Positions 11,236 to 24,966 of a stretch of 64,000 bases of DNA are shown here, one piece after another. The stretch lies in assembly GCA_017499595.2 (NCBI GenBank), contig CM038998.1, positions 3,100,001 to 3,164,000 of the forward strand, read 5' to 3'. The stretch comes from Psilocybe cubensis. Taxonomy: Eukaryota. Each line of letters opens with the position of its first letter. Within the stretch, counting starts at the first letter, position 1. The notes below the pieces were generated by a model. It did no database searches and was not told the DNA's origin. It was given only the letters and a program-made list of their open reading frames with translations. Position numbers and translations under genes: made by a program.

Positions 11236-11788
11236 TTAACGGTAACTGAGTGAAGGTGGTGAGCACTTCCCCGCAACCCAGAAAACCAGTATGAACACAC
11301 CTCTTCTGTCTGCGGGCACGGGCACCATGACCACCGAACTTCTTGGGCTCCATCCGTCTGGGGTCAGCAATCAGCAGAGTTCGGTCGTAAGCCACCAACT
11401 TCTTCTTCAACTCCATGGCACTGTAGGCGTCGATGTACTTGGCGTAGTAAGCGACGATGGCCTTAGCGATGGCCTGGCGGATGGCATACACCTGTGAAGT
11501 GTGTCCTCCTCCTTTCACACGGACACGGATATCGAGGGGGGCGAACGACTCCTCGCCAGCGACGAGAACGGGCTCGTAAACCTTGAGACGGAGGACTTCA
11601 GGCTGGACAAGGTTGATGGGGGAGCCATTGACACGGATGAGTCCGCGGCCTTCGCGAGCGTGAGCAACAGCGGTCGCGGTCTATACGTTCAGAACCTTTG
11701 TTTAAATGATTGTCCATGGTCTCCAAAAAGCATGGCTACACACTTTCTTTTTGCCGAACGTTTGGACGGCCTTAACTGATGATGCCAT
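11236..11788 (-). CDS. RPS16: 40S ribosomal protein S16 (uS9)
   Basis: [74 protein letters not shown]. Confidence 0.98.
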
Positions 11789-12081
11789 TTTTGAAGAAAG
11801 TCCCGGCTTTGGCGGCGGGTCGAAGGTGTCTAGCAGAAAGAGGGATTAAAAGAACGGCGGGACTGCAGACCGACAGCGACTAACCTTGTTCTTGAGGTCG
11901 TTGAGGCCAGCGCCGGTAATACTACAGACGAAAAGGGAGTTGTGGCTTGGATCAGCTACCTAGTTTCACTCGGCATTTTCCGTGCCGATGCTGACTAAGC
12001 ATAGTCTGTTCCGAACTTCCACCTGCTAGTCCCGCTGGCGCGTAGTCCTGGTATTCCTTAACATCTCATTGGCCGTTAATA

Positions 12082-13073
12082 ATGCTGGGGAAGGCCATAT
12101 CGCGGGTATGTAACTCTCAGTGTTACTTTAACCCATAATTCATCATTTTCTTTAGGTTTCTCGCCTTCCTTCGCGCGCCACGCGCCTCACCACACGAATT
12201 GTGAAGCCAACAGTAAACGTTAAGGAGCGGCCACCTGTACAACAACAAGGTTCGTTCGCGTATATTGCTAGCGAAAGACAATTTTGAAATTGTTTACCAG
12301 CCGCTCCCATTCTTGAACCTGTGTATCTTTCTCTCACCCCTTCACTCAAGCGCGGGCGATGGGATCCTCCCGCCGAAAGCAACGTCGCTGTCCTTGAACC
12401 CACCGTGTTCCGACACCCACTTCGAAAGGACATCCTCCACCTCTGCGTCACTCATTACCTAGATTCCTTGCGTCAAGGCTCAGCAAACACTAAAACTCGT
12501 GGAGAAGTCCGAGGGTCTGGCCGCAAGGTTCGTCGTCAGAAGGGAACAGGCAAAGCGCGTCTCGGTGATAACCAAAGTCCCATGCTGAGAGGAGGAGGTG
12601 TCGCCTTCGGACCTAAGCCCCGAGATTTCAGCACTAAACTACCACGAAAGGTCATAGAGATGGGCATGCGCGTCGCCTTGAGCGCTAAGCTTCGGGAACA
12701 GCGACTAGGCGTCATGACTCGATTATACTGGCCTAATGGTAAAACAAAGTACCTTGTGCGGAGAATCGACCAACTCGGCTTGCGCAAGACTTTGTTTATC
12801 AGCGGAGAGCCAACTGTGCATGAAGGCTTGCGACGCGCTATTGGTAACATCCCCCTCGTGCAGTTGAGCAGCGTGAGCGACATAACCGTCTACGAACTCA
12901 TGAAATGGGATAGAGTCGTTATGGATTTGAAGGCTGTCGAATACTTCGAGCAGCGTCTGAAGAAACAAAACATCCCTACAACTGCTTTACCCATCGCCGC
13001 AGCTGAAGAAGTCAAGGTGCCAGTAACCCTTCTTGCTGAGGAATCCCAGACACTCCAGACTAGTTCGCCCTAA
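12082..13073 (+). CDS. YML6: Mitochondrial ribosomal protein uL4m
   Basis: RQGSANTKTRGEVRGSGRKVRRQKGTGKARLGDNQSPMLRGGGVAFGPKPRDF is the L4 signature. The Arg-rich presequence is split by two introns from ATG 12082. Confidence 0.92.
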
Positions 13074-13319
13074 TACACTGTAACTTATATCAACCATACC
13101 CTACTGTGCAACTTATGTTCTATGAGTACGAGAGTTGCTTTTCAATATTATATGCCTCTTATGTTATGTGTGGCTGCTGTGGCTTTTGTCTTCACACACC
13201 TGGCGCTTCATATCGACCCGCTATGCTTATGTTCAGTCATGCCCTTCTGCACAATTTGTGTTGTATACGTTACTTCGTGACAAAGTGGCCAAACAGGTAG
13301 CTATAAGATACATCGAAGA

Positions 13320-14856
13320 TTAGGGCCAACCATCGAGATAGTCTCCAGGATGTATGTCTATGCTGTAGTTGGAGTCATCCGAGTGAAAGTCATCCTGGTA
13401 ATCTTCGAAGTCATCATCGTCGTCTTCCTCTCCCCATGCTTCCCATGTCTCGTTCAGTAATTGTGTTTGCAAAAAGTCACCTAGAAAGCCGTTCTCCTTA
13501 GACGGGGGCATAACGTGAGCTAAACTACTGCCCAGTAGTTCCTGTATCTGACATTCAAATTCCTGCCAATCACTTGCTTCGGGAGGAGATCTTAAGAAGA
13601 AAGGAAAGCGTAGGTTGGGTAAAGCAATAGGCTGGCTGAAGAATTGATAAAAAGATTGCGTCTGTAAATTCAGGGTGACGGACTTCAGGTTGGTGGTATT
13701 AAATATATATGGCAGACCTATCCGCAGTGTTGACAATAGATCCCCGCTGTGGAGATGCAAATCGGTGGTCGCCGGAAGGGATGACAGAATGGATAAACTG
13801 CCACTCCATATAACGTCGCTGTGAATATGCAGAGTTCGAAGATTGGATGATCTAGTTAACTCGTAGAAAATAGACTCGAGGTGTGCATCTATATGATTGG
13901 AGACATACGCGATTTCCAGATACTCGAGGTTGGGAGCGGACAAAAAGGGCAAGAAACAACTACACCCAGTCTCATGGCTGTCATCAATATTAACAGACAA
14001 AGACCGAAGCGACGAGGATGCGATCTTTTGTCTGCTGTCTTCCGGGACCGCGCCGTTCAGTGACCCACTAAATTGTCGAATGATGAGTGTCTCGAGCAAC
14101 CGGCAATTATCCACTAGAGCTCGAAGATCTTCCAACCCTTGGTTGAATTTGTCCACTCGCAAGAAAATTAGATTTGGTAATGGGTAAAATCCTTGAAACA
14201 GGAACTTCTCCACAATGAGAGATCTGAGGTTGCTCATGTCACTGAATGATGTAAGACCAAAGAAAAGATTGGAGTCGGATGGAATGTATGGGGATATAAT
14301 TTCCAAAGTCCTAAGCTGGGTCGCTTGTTTACCCTTCCATGCGCAAAGAATAGAAGTGGCTTCTTTTTCTGCCCAAGTTCTGATCTTCAAGCTTCGAATG
14401 CGTGATATGTTGGATGATATCGCATCTAGAACTTGCGATGGGGCGTCATATAGGTCATCGATCCAGTGAAAGTGGCTGCGGTCGTAAGAAACATCGACCA
14501 ATGCAGGAGCCGATCTCTCAAAGTATGTCGCAACATTATACCGAGGTTGAAGTGGTAATTGGATGGTCGTCCACAGAAGAGGGGAGTTCAGTATCAGACT
14601 ACGCCATTCTTTGCACACCGTAGACAAGATATCCTGAGGTAGCGTATAATTTTCTTCCAGACCCGTGGATCCATGTATATATAACTTGAAGATCTCTCGG
14701 AGCAAGTCGTCGGATAGGTTGTGTATGTATGATAAGGAGTTTTCATGCGGGGTATCAATTAAGCTCGAGTTTGCGTCAGACGTTGGGGAGTGATCCTTAT
14801 CTGTCTGTGAGATTTAATTGAAAGCATCATATCTCAATACATACGTTTATTTCCAT
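13320..14856 (-). CDS. F-box protein with degenerate LRR-like region and acidic tail
   Basis: YIHNLSDDLLREIF..ILSTVCKEWRSLILNSPLLWTTI is an agaricomycete-type F-box, followed by LxxLxI repeats. The start (MEIN plus a 40-nt intron) is tentative. Confidence 0.8.
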
Positions 14857-15156
14857 GATTTATGGGTCTTGAAGTGCTTATTCAAGTTCCAGTTTACCTT
14901 CGAGGGCTGAATGGGGAGGAATGATGAAAGATCGACCTAGATGACCATTCAGCTTAAGCGTCAGAAAGACACAGGCTTGATGATAGCTGTATATCTCAAT
15001 AGTATCGGGGTAAGCAGTGAGATGAAGATCAAATCCTCACGGCATCAAGTTCAAGTTCAAGTGAGATTTGGCGCCTAAGTTCGGAAGGTGTTACCAATAT
15101 GGACATTTACATGTGACTTTGTGACACAACTGTTCAATCGCGAGCACGTGGTAGGA

Positions 15157-15171
15157 GCGCGTTCGCGTTTT
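15157..15171. promoter_or_regulatory. Tandem MCB/SCB-like CGCG elements upstream of RAD51
   Basis: GCGCGTTCGCGTTTT (reverse complement AAAACGCGAACGCGC) lies ~90 bp upstream of the RAD51 ATG, consistent with MBF/SBF-type control of repair genes. Confidence 0.4.
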
Positions 15172-15253
15172 ATTCCCGTGGGAGTATGTTCATTTGAACC
15201 GTTTGACTCATCACTGCACGACCACCTCAGGCCTTTCACCTAACACCAGCATA

Positions 15254-16587
15254 ATGTCCCAACCTTCCCAATCACAAGAGCTTGGCGAAGATGAAGAGCA
15301 AGAGTTTCAAATGACAGGCCCCCTCCTTGTGAACAAACTCCAAGAATCTGGAATCCATCCAAACGACATTAAGAAACTCTCAGAGTTCGGTCTGAACACC
15401 GTCGAATCTGTAGCGTTTACACCGAAGAAGGTGCTGCTGACCATCAAAGGGATATCTGAACAAAAAGCGGATAAGATTCTTGCTGAAGGTCCGCTGTTGC
15501 ATCCTATTAATTTTCCTGCATCCTGCTGATTGTGCCCACGCTCAGCACACAAGATCGTGCCTCTTGGGTTTCAAAGTGCCACAGAGGTTCATGCGCGTCG
15601 CTCAGAGCTAGTACATATTACTACCGGATCGAAGCAGCTCGATGCTCTCCTCGGAGGTAAGTAAAAGGAGCATATATGCGCACCCTTACCACACATTCAA
15701 TTTGCCTCCTTTGCACATAGGTGGGATAGAAACTGGTGCAATTACGGAACTTTTTGGCGAGTTTAGAACAGGAAAATCGCAATTGTGCCATACACTCGCC
15801 GTAACATGCCAGCTTCCCGTTAACATGGGAGGCGGAGAAGGCAAATGCTTATACATCGATACCGAAGGCACTTTCCGTCCAGTCCGTCTTCTTGCCGTCG
15901 CCGAGAGATACGGGCTTAATGGGGAGGAAGTGCTGGATAACGTTGCATATGCACGAGCATACAATGCTGACCATCAAAACGCCCTGCTAACCAGTGCTAG
16001 TGCCCTGATGTCAGAGTCAAGGTGGGATAAATTCGCTATTATTTGCATGTATAGTGCATTGAGCTCTCCTGCGTAGATTTTGCCTTTTGATCGTCGATTC
16101 TTGTACCGCACTTTACCGAACCGATTTCAGTGGTCGTGGGGAACTGTCATCAAGGCAAAACCATCTGGGCAAATTCTTACGCACCCTGCAACGCCTCGCA
16201 GATGAGGTATGCACCCCGTTTCTTTTGTTTTATGTGGTACGGCCTTTCATTAAACTTTTTTGGTCCTTCTTTAGTTTGGAATCGCAGTTGTAGTGACGAA
16301 TCAGGTCATGTCGAGTCCTGATGCGGCTGCTGGCCCCTATGCTGGCAATGAGAAGAAACCGATTGGTGGCAACATCATGGCTCATGCGTCTACCACTCGG
16401 TGCGTTTGTCTATTTGATGGATTAACTTCGAGTACTTGCTTCTGACGATGACAATAGACTTCAATTGAAGAAAGCACGAGGCAACACACGTTCATGTAAA
16501 ATTTACGATTCCCCATGCTTACCAGAGTCCGAAACGCACTTTGCCATTCTGGCGACTGGAATTGGCGATCCTGAGGAGGAGACTTGA
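15254..16587 (+). CDS. RAD51: DNA recombinase Rad51
   Basis: Walker A in [51 protein letters not shown] and [32 protein letters not shown] are Rad51-type rather than Dmc1-type. Confidence 0.97.
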
Positions 16588-16951
16588 TTGCTCTACTAAC
16601 AACGGCCTTTTCCCGATTAAAGGGAAACTTGATTATCCGACGTTTTTTAAGCTTTATCAGCTACATACGTACTCTTCTTACCATACACCGAGTGTTTCCA
16701 CATTGGAGGATGTTGTTATATTATATTACACACATTGTACATTTTGATACAATTCCATGCATGCCATATGGCGAAACAGACTAATTGAATGACGAATATC
16801 CAGTTGAATGGGTGAAAACGACCAGTTGAGTGGACGGATAACTCAAAGCGAAACGAAAAAGATGCAATGCAGAAAGCGGGAGGAACCGTCCAAGATCGGG
16901 GAGGTGAATAATGTACAATTTAGTATGCTAGTTTTGTAAGGGTTACTTTTT

Positions 16952-18386
16952 TCAGGCCAGGAATCGAGTGATGATGTTGGAATCTGTGGAGCTGATGCGG
17001 TCCTTGAGATGAGGGAGATCCTTGAAGCTGACATCTGCGATATCGGCCATGAGGTACGCGACCTCGCCTTTTGAATCTGTATACTGCTTCTCAACGTTGT
17101 ACGGGGACAAGGCCTCGTTGACCTGTTTCAGGACACCAGGCTGGTTCTTGTGGATGTGGCAAATACGAATCTGGCCACCTTGCTCCGCCGAGATGGCGCG
17201 CAGGTCGACTTCCGGGAAGTTGACTGCACCGACGGTTGAGCCGTAGCTGAGATATCGGGACAAAGCCTGTGCGACTTCCTCGCCAATCATCTTCTGAGCC
17301 TCTTCTGTTGAGCCTCCGATATGAGGAGTGAGAATGACGTTAGGAAGCGCACGCAGTACGCTGGCCCAGGAATTCAATTGGTCGTCGAATGGGGCGCCAT
17401 TCGCACCTGGCTCGGAGGGGAAAACGTCAATAGCTGCACCAGCGAGATGTTTCGATTGCAGAGCCTCGATGAGAGCGGGGATATCGACCACTTTGCCGCG
17501 GGCATTGTTAATGAGGTAAGATCCCTTCTTCATCTGAGAGAGCTGTTCCTTGGAGATCATATTGATGGTCTCTGGGAGTTCGGGAACATGGAGGGTGACA
17601 AAGTCAGACTGAGAGAGCAGACTGGCGAGAGTCTCGACCTGGCGCGCGGAGCCTAGGGGCATGATGTTGACGACGTCGTAGAACAGCACACGGAGACCAA
17701 ATGCCTCTGCGAGGACGGAGAGCTGGGAGCCAATATGGCCATAGCCCACAATTCCGAGAGTCTTGCCGCGGATCTCCCAGCAGCCCTTGGACTGCTTGTT
17801 CCAGATGCCATTGCGGAGCTCGTATGTGCGCTCGAAGAGCTGGCGCGAAAGTGCGACAAGCTCAGACATGACGAGCTCTGCGACGGAGCGGGAGTTGGAG
17901 AAGGGGGAGTTGAACACAGGAATACCAGCGCGTGCGGCTGCGGTGAGGTCGACCTGGTTTGTGCCGATGCAGAAGCAGCCAATGACCAGGAGCTAAACAA
18001 AGTAAAGAGATCAACAGGGTAAGAGGGAGAAGACGCTATGTGAATACCTTGGACGCAGCTTTGAGCACTCGCTCGGTTATCTTTGTCTTGCTGCGAATGC
18101 CGATGGCATGGTAAGAACCGATCTTCTCGACCAGCTCGTCCTCAGACATGGCCTTGCTAAAATGGTCGACATGATAGCCCTGGGCCCTGAATGCGGCGAC
18201 TGCATCGAGACTGATGTTCTCGAGGATGAGCAAACGCAGGCCCTCGTTCTCCAGGGGATGGAGGACCTTGGGCTGGCGAATATCGGAAAGAGACTCGCGA
18301 TGGCGAGCAGTTCGGAAGCGGTCGTGAATGGTGGTGCCCGTCGGGGAGACAGAGGCGACGACCTTTTGAATGGGAATGGACATCAT
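16952..18386 (-). CDS. SER3: D-3-phosphoglycerate dehydrogenase
   Basis: AIGIRSKTKIT, GKTLGIVGYGHIGSQLS, LINNARG, LTPHIGGSTEEAQ and a C-terminal ACT domain (HKNQPGVL); one intron. Confidence 0.96.
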
Positions 18387-18494
18387 CTTGGTAGTGGTGT
18401 CGATGAAAGGGGGGATTTGTTGTGGCTGGCAGTGCGCTGGCCAGCTATATACCGATAATTTGAGGGGGCAAAAGGGTTTATGATCATCTACCAA

Positions 18495-18501
18495 TGACTC
18501 A
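18495..18501. promoter_or_regulatory. Gcn4/CpcA (cross-pathway control) element TGACTCA in the SER3-HIS7 bidirectional promoter
   Basis: ATGACTCAA lies almost exactly midway in the 221-bp gap between the two start codons. Confidence 0.7.
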
Positions 18502-18607
18502 ATCAGCACGACACACATTTATTTTTTTTATTTTTATTTCCCGGTCCGTCAGATCCGGAAAGTAGATCGTCCTTTCCTCTTTTTTATTCCGTTTCTCAAC
18601 CACCATC

Positions 18608-20335
18608 ATGGGTCTCTTTCTGCTCGACTACGGTGCTGGCAATGTCCAGAGTCTCGCAAATTCCCTCGTTTCTCTCGGATACAGTTTCCAATGGATCAAG
18701 CAGCCCTCCGATTTCGCACAGGCTACTGTCAGTCTTCTTGGTCGCACCTGATTCTTTCCCAAAACCCATACTGTACCTCCACAGAGCCTCATCTTTCCCG
18801 GTGTCGGTGCTTTTGAAACAGCAATTGGCCACCTCACTGCCCGTGGGCTTTTTCAGCCTTTGAAAGAATATATTCTCTCTGGCAAGCCGTATTTTGGCAT
18901 TTGCATAGGAATGCAGGTCCTCTTCGAGTCATCGGCCGAAGCTTCTTCCATGGGCTTGGGTATCATCCCCTGTCCCATTCAGAAATTCGATGACGAAGAC
19001 AAATCTGTCCCCCACATGGGCTGGAACACTGCTGACCCCCTCGTGAGCACCGATACCGAGGGCGTCGATGCGTCATCGTACTACTACTTTGTCCACTCCT
19101 TCTGCGCCAAATATGAGCCAGAGCGCTATCCTGACGCCATGCGCTGGGTCCACACCACCACCCAGTACGGCCAGGAGGTCTTCGTCTCTTCCGTGCGTAG
19201 AGGCAACGTATTCGCGACGCAGTTCCACCCCGAAAAATCCGGAAAGGCCGGCCTCGCCCTCCTCGAAGAATGGCTCAGCAAACCCGAGGCGGCGCACACG
19301 CACGCACCGAGTGCGCCCCTGCTCAACCGCACACCGAAGGCAGCGCACAACCTCACCAAGCGCATCGTCGCGTGCATGGACGTGCGTGCGAACGACCACG
19401 GCGACCTCGTCGTGACCAAAGGTGACCAGTACGACGTGCGCGAAAAGACAACCACCGCGGACACAGCAGGCGCCGTGCGCAACCTCGGCAAGCCAGTCGC
19501 CCTCGCTGCGCGGTATTATCAGGCCGGCGCAGACGAACTGTGCCTGCTCAACATCACTTCCTTCCGCCACTCTCCGCTGCAAGACCAGCCAATGCTTGCC
19601 GTCGTGCGCGCCGCGGCTGAGTGCGTGTTTGTTCCACTCACTATCGGCGGCGGGATTAAGGACAGCGTCGACCCGGACGGCACGCCGCGCAGTGCTTTGG
19701 AGGTCGCCGGTGCATACTTCCGTGCGGGCGCGGATAAAGTCAGCATCGGCTCTGAAGCTGTGTACGCTGTTGAGCGATACCGCGCGTCAGGTGCATTCGA
19801 CCCCAAAGGCGCGATCGAGAGCATCGCGGCAGTGTACGGTAAGCAGGCGGTCGTGGTGTCCATTGACCCACGCAGAGTGTACATTGATGACCCGAGCACA
19901 TATGACGGGCCGTACAAGGACGAGCTGGTCTACGGTGCCCCTGATAGTGTAGATGAACGCGAGCGAGGCAAGGCGTGGTGGTACCAGTGCACCGTTTCGG
20001 GTGGACGCGAGTCACGGCCGCTCTCAGCCGTACAACTCGCGCAGGGCGTGGAGGCACTTGGAGCTGGCGAGATCCTAGTGAATAGCATCGACCGCGATGG
20101 GACAGGGCGCGGGTTCGACCTTGCGCTGGTGAACCTCATCAAGAAGAGCGTGAAGATCCCCGTTGTCGCGAGCAGTGGTGCCGGGACCGCTGACCACTTT
20201 GTGGATGTATTTGAAGGAACGCCGGTTGAGGCTGCCTTGGCCGCTGGCATATTCCATCGTGGCGAGGTGGGCATCGATGAGGTCAAGCAGAAGATGAAGG
20301 CGGCAGGTATCAACGCTAGAGAGACAAGCAAGTGA
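18608..20335 (+). CDS. HIS7: Imidazole glycerol phosphate synthase (fused HisH-HisF)
   Basis: MGLFLLDYGAGNVQSL, FPGVGAF, GICIGMQ, YFVHSF and QFHPEKSG form the glutaminase; RIVACMDVRANDHGDLVVTKGDQY starts the cyclase. Confidence 0.97.
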
Positions 20336-21373
20336 TGAAATATGTTATGATATCTAGATTTGTGTTTTATTTTTCGGAATGGGAAACCTGATGTACATTG
20401 ACCATGCACTAAATGTCCGTCAAGTTGCGAGAGAAACGAGGAGGAAATGATGTCTTCGATATATGAAACGTAGCATACAGGGGAACCTCAAACGTAATAT
20501 CGAGCGCATACAAAGCAGACAAATGAGAGAGACGGAACGAAAGTTGAAATGCGTAAGACTACGAGGACAGAAGACTGAAAAGGAGAGAAAAGAAAATACA
20601 GTAGAAAGGATGGGTAAAAAGACATCCAGAGGTATAAAATGACAGTGGAAAGGGGAGGAATCGTGTGTATGTAATTGTTACATGTACATTCTATCTTTCC
20701 TCACAAATACTGGCTGTAGAAAAGGATTTACAGTACGTATGACAGGATGAGTTATTTGAGATGATGGCGAAGGGAGAAAAAAGAACGAAGGAAACAGATA
20801 TTAAAGATTCGAAGCAGGTGAAAAATTTGGTTTGGCGTACAGTGGATAGGCCGAGGATGATCGCTTAACATGACGTCGTCGTTGGGGTTCCGTAGGTGGG
20901 GGGCGTCAAAGTGGGTCATTTCGAATATTAAGGGAACAAAAAAAAAAGGAAAGGCATGAGGTTGAATCTTGTCAGTTCAGTAGACATAGGATCTGAAGTG
21001 AATAAAGGAAGAAAAAGGACAGGAAACACAAGAAGAAAAGAAACTAAAGAGAAAGGAGGGTGGGAGCGGAGATCGTAGCTGGATGGAATGGTGAGGCGTT
21101 AAAGGGTCCATTCGAACAAAACATGGTAAAAGGCGGAGGAGATATCCAATTAAATACAAGAAAGAGATAGGCGGGAGTGTTGATTCCTGAGGTCGAGGAG
21201 GGACCGTTACGCTTTTGCTCCATTTATGGCCTTGAGCTCCGGGGGGAGATGGGTACGCGACTGAGTGGGAATGTCGGAATTTTGAGCAGAGGGTGATGAT
21301 AGTGGCTTGGATTGCCGGGGGTTGGAACCGATCATGATCGATATGTGAGCGCTTAAGTGGGTGACAATCATTT

Positions 21374-22870
21374 CTACTTGGTCCCTCGCACGACCCTTCC
21401 GACCTTCTTCATTAAACTGGTCTTCCGCCCCAGACCGCCTCCTCCACCAGGAGAGCCAAGGCCGTTGCTTTGTGAATTGTCAAAATAGCCTTCGCCCGAG
21501 GTAGAAGGCTCCTCGTTCATCTGAGGAGGCGGGGGCAAGTCTTTGTTATTGTCCCTGTTGGTATGGGCGTCAATGAAAACAAAGGGTTCCGCGCTCGGCG
21601 TAACTTCGCCTTGTGGGGACTGATTAGGCCGATTACCTCCAGCCAGACGCCCAAGGAACGAATTCTGGGATTTGTGGGTCGGCCGATTGCCATTGGCGTA
21701 CTCGGCAGGCAGGGGCGGGGACTGCGGGGGTGGGGCCTGGTGTTCATAATCATAGTCGGTGGATGAGACGGGTACATTTGGGGAATCGCGCATTTTTCGG
21801 AAGCGCTGCATGATAGATTTGGATCGTTTTGGGAAACCTGGGGAGGTAGCGGGGGGAGAGCCCGTAGGAGGATCCATCATATCTGCGTCTGCGACGAAAA
21901 TAGGCTGGGGAGGCGGGACGAGAGACCTACGTGCGGCAACATGAGGCCGGCCCTCCCGGGAATCGCGGGTGTCCTTGGTGGGGCGCCTCGATGACGAGGC
22001 AGGTACATTTCGCTCTTTGCCGTTGTAGATGGAGCTTGCAGGGGTATCACCATCAGGACGGGCGGATCCACCGCCAGCGAAAAACTCTTCAAAAGGCTCA
22101 GGCTCGTGGATGCCCCACGCCTCGGCGATGGCGTCTACTTTCTTCTTTGGAGGGTCGGGATAGTCGTTTGTAAAGGCCTTGTATGCGCCGGGAGCGGGAT
22201 AAGCACTGTCGCCATAGCGTGGGGCAGGAGCGTCGTCCTGGCCATAGGCATACATAGGAGCCTTGTTGCGATGTTTGTTCCGGGATGGAGCACAGGCATC
22301 GAATGGACCGTCGTGATGGAACACTGGGGTTGGAAATTGGGGCATGAATATGATTCCGGCTTAGCAATCTAGACAGGGAGACTCACTGGGGCCCACGCCG
22401 GTAAAATCGAGTCTGTCGATGACATCTGCATGCTGAGAACCCTTCTTACTGGAGCGAGACTTTGCTGGAGGAGCTGGAGAACGGGCCTTTTCCGAGATAT
22501 AGGTAGTGTCTTCTGACTGGGAACGCTTGCCGGATGGACGGGAAGCACTGGTGGGAGACCTGGGGAGAGTGAGTGGAGGTAACTAGGAGGAAGAAAAGAG
22601 GACACACATAGCTGTCTGGGTGCGAGAGACCTTTGCGCGGGGATCGGAGCGGAGCTGAACGGTGTCGCGGACAGCGTCGACGATGTCGTTCTGGCTGGAG
22701 TTGCGGGAGGAGTGGACGGCGGCGGGCATCCTGTGGGACTTGTGTGGCGGGGGCGGAGGGTGGGGAGGGTGCTGCTTGGTGTGTCTGGCGGCGGCGGCGG
22801 GGTCAGTGAAGGGATCAGAGGCAGACCTGAGACGGGACTGGGACTGTCTGGAGGGATGGATGCCCGCCAT
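21374..22870 (-). CDS. PAL1: Pal1 cell-morphology family protein
   Basis: SKKGSQHADVIDRLDFTGVGP|..FHHDGPFDACAPSRNKH is the Pal1 signature; the protein ends GLGRKTSLMKKV. Confidence 0.85.
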
Positions 22871-23059
22871 CTCGATAGTTTCAACTGCAATTCACACGCC
22901 AAGGTCTCCTTCACCTGCGGAGTCTCTCCCTCTTTGCCACTCCGAAAGTGCCATCTCTGCCGCATTTCAATCTCCGAAAGGGGATTCCCTGCCGAGTTTG
23001 CACCCCGAAAGAGGAATCTCCTCCATTGCTTGCCGGCAATTCCCTCGACGCGCTGGACT

Positions 23060-24966
23060 ATGGGCGCAACCACTCTCTGGACCAGAGACCAGGTCGCTGC
23101 CCGCATTCTCACCGGTGACACCCTCATCGTCTACCACGGCCATCTCCTCAACATCCCAAAAAAGTGGCTCGATGCCCACCCCGGCGGCAGTCTCGCCCTC
23201 CTCCACTACGTCGGCCGCGACGCTACAGATGAGATCGAGGCTAACCACCAGGACGATACCCTCAAGCTCATACCCAGATACTCTATTGGCCGCGTTGAGC
23301 TCACAGACGGCGTGTGGGCTCCCTTTGTCCCCCCTATCATGACAGGCTGGGTTCGTAGACGCGCCTCAGGGGCCAACCACGATGTGTGGTTTAAGGAGGC
23401 CCTTGAGGTCTACTCTACTGAAGACACTAAATTTACGCCCTCCTCGTCAATTCTGCTCAAGGAGAACACAGCTCACACTACTGACCTCTCAGGCCCATCT
23501 CTTGCGTCTCTCCAGCCCCCTCCCACCCCCCTTTCCCTCAAGCAGCAGGCACGTCAGTCTGCAGCATATCGCAAGCTCCACAAGCGAATCATCGATGCAG
23601 GCCTGTACAAGACCCGCTATTTTACGGGCTACGGTCCCGAGGTTGCTCGCTATCTGCTCCTCGCCTCCACATCCGCCTACGCTTACTCCCACAGCTGGTT
23701 CATCGCTAGCGCCATATTTCTCGGCCTGTTCTGGCACCAGCTCGTCTTCACTGCCCACGATCTAGGCCATATGGGTGTCACCCACAACTGGACCTACGAT
23801 CGCATCATTGCAACTATCATAGCCGATTATATTGGTGGATTGAGTATAGGCTGGTGGGTCCAGGTGCGTTCGCTTGCCCCTTGATTTATTTTTACACCGT
23901 GATCTTACAGTAGCCAACTTAGAACCATAATGTGCATCATCGTAAGTGCAGCATCCATGGCTATCATATACAAACAGCTAAACCATCATCATTCAAGTCG
24001 TCACTAACCATCCAACCCAGTAAGTACCTATTTTCCCAACTCCAAAGCTCCCCCCTGATCCCCCACGACTATGCAGCGACCCGGACATCGAGCACATGCC
24101 CTTCTTTGCCATCTCTCCTGCATTCTTAGATTCCCTCTGGTCATCATACTACAAGCGCACTATGAAGCTTGATGCATTTGCCAAGTTTCTCCTGCGCGTC
24201 CAGCACAAGATCTTTTATCTCGTCATGGCCTTTGCCCGCTTCAACCTCTACGCTAACTCGTACACGTATCTCTACCAAAAAGCATTTGACACCAAACGCG
24301 CGCGCGGCGGTTGGTGGGCCTGGCGCATGGAAGTTGCAGGCATCGCGTTCTTCTGGGTGTGGTTCGGGCGAGTGCTGTACGGGTGTGGATCCTGGCAGAT
24401 GGCACTCGCGTACCTCCTCGTCAGTCATGCCGTCACCAGCCCTCTACACGTCCAGGTATGCATATTTGCTCCCCCGGTCATCTATTTGCTAACTCTCGCT
24501 TTTACATTACGTTACTTAGATCGTCCTATCCCATTTCAGCATGCCCACTGGTGATTTGGGCCCGGTCGAGTCTTTCCCGCATCGCCAGATGCGTACTACT
24601 ACAGACGTCATTTGCGCAGAGCCGATCGAATTCATCCATGGTGGCTTGCACCTCCAGGTAACCCACCACCTCTTCCCTCGGCTCCCTCGACACAATCTCC
24701 GTCGTGCGAGTGCACTCGTCAAGCAGTTTGCCAAGGAGGAGGGGCTAACATATGCAGAGTTTGGCTTCGTCGATGGCAACTTTGAGGTTCTCGACACTCT
24801 CAGACACGTTGCAGAGCAGGTCAAGATCATGGGCACCGTGGCAAAAGTAGAGGCCAAAGAGGCCATTGAGAAAAAAATGGATGCCACGGACGCCAGATTC
24901 GGACTCGGAGGTAAAGATAAAGTTAACGGCGTTCACGCAAGTCGGGTCATAGAAACTACATTTTAG
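23060..24966 (+). CDS. SLD1: Sphingolipid delta-8 desaturase (cytochrome b5 fusion)
   Basis: HPGG b5 motif; His boxes HDLGH, HNVHH (on a micro-exon) and QVTHHLFP; HDPDIEHMPFFAIS. Confidence 0.9.

Noticed and set aside
15254-16587. DMC1 assignment
   Set aside because: [16 protein letters not shown] and [28 protein letters not shown] are Rad51-type.
20340-21370. Purine-rich 1-kb tract between HIS7 and PAL1
   Set aside because: Consistent with a long pyrimidine-rich 3'UTR of PAL1 on the minus strand; no ORF or repeat structure.
22369-23342. Long overlapping ORFs across the PAL1/desaturase starts
   Set aside because: GC-rich alternative-frame or antisense read-through of two real genes; no motifs.
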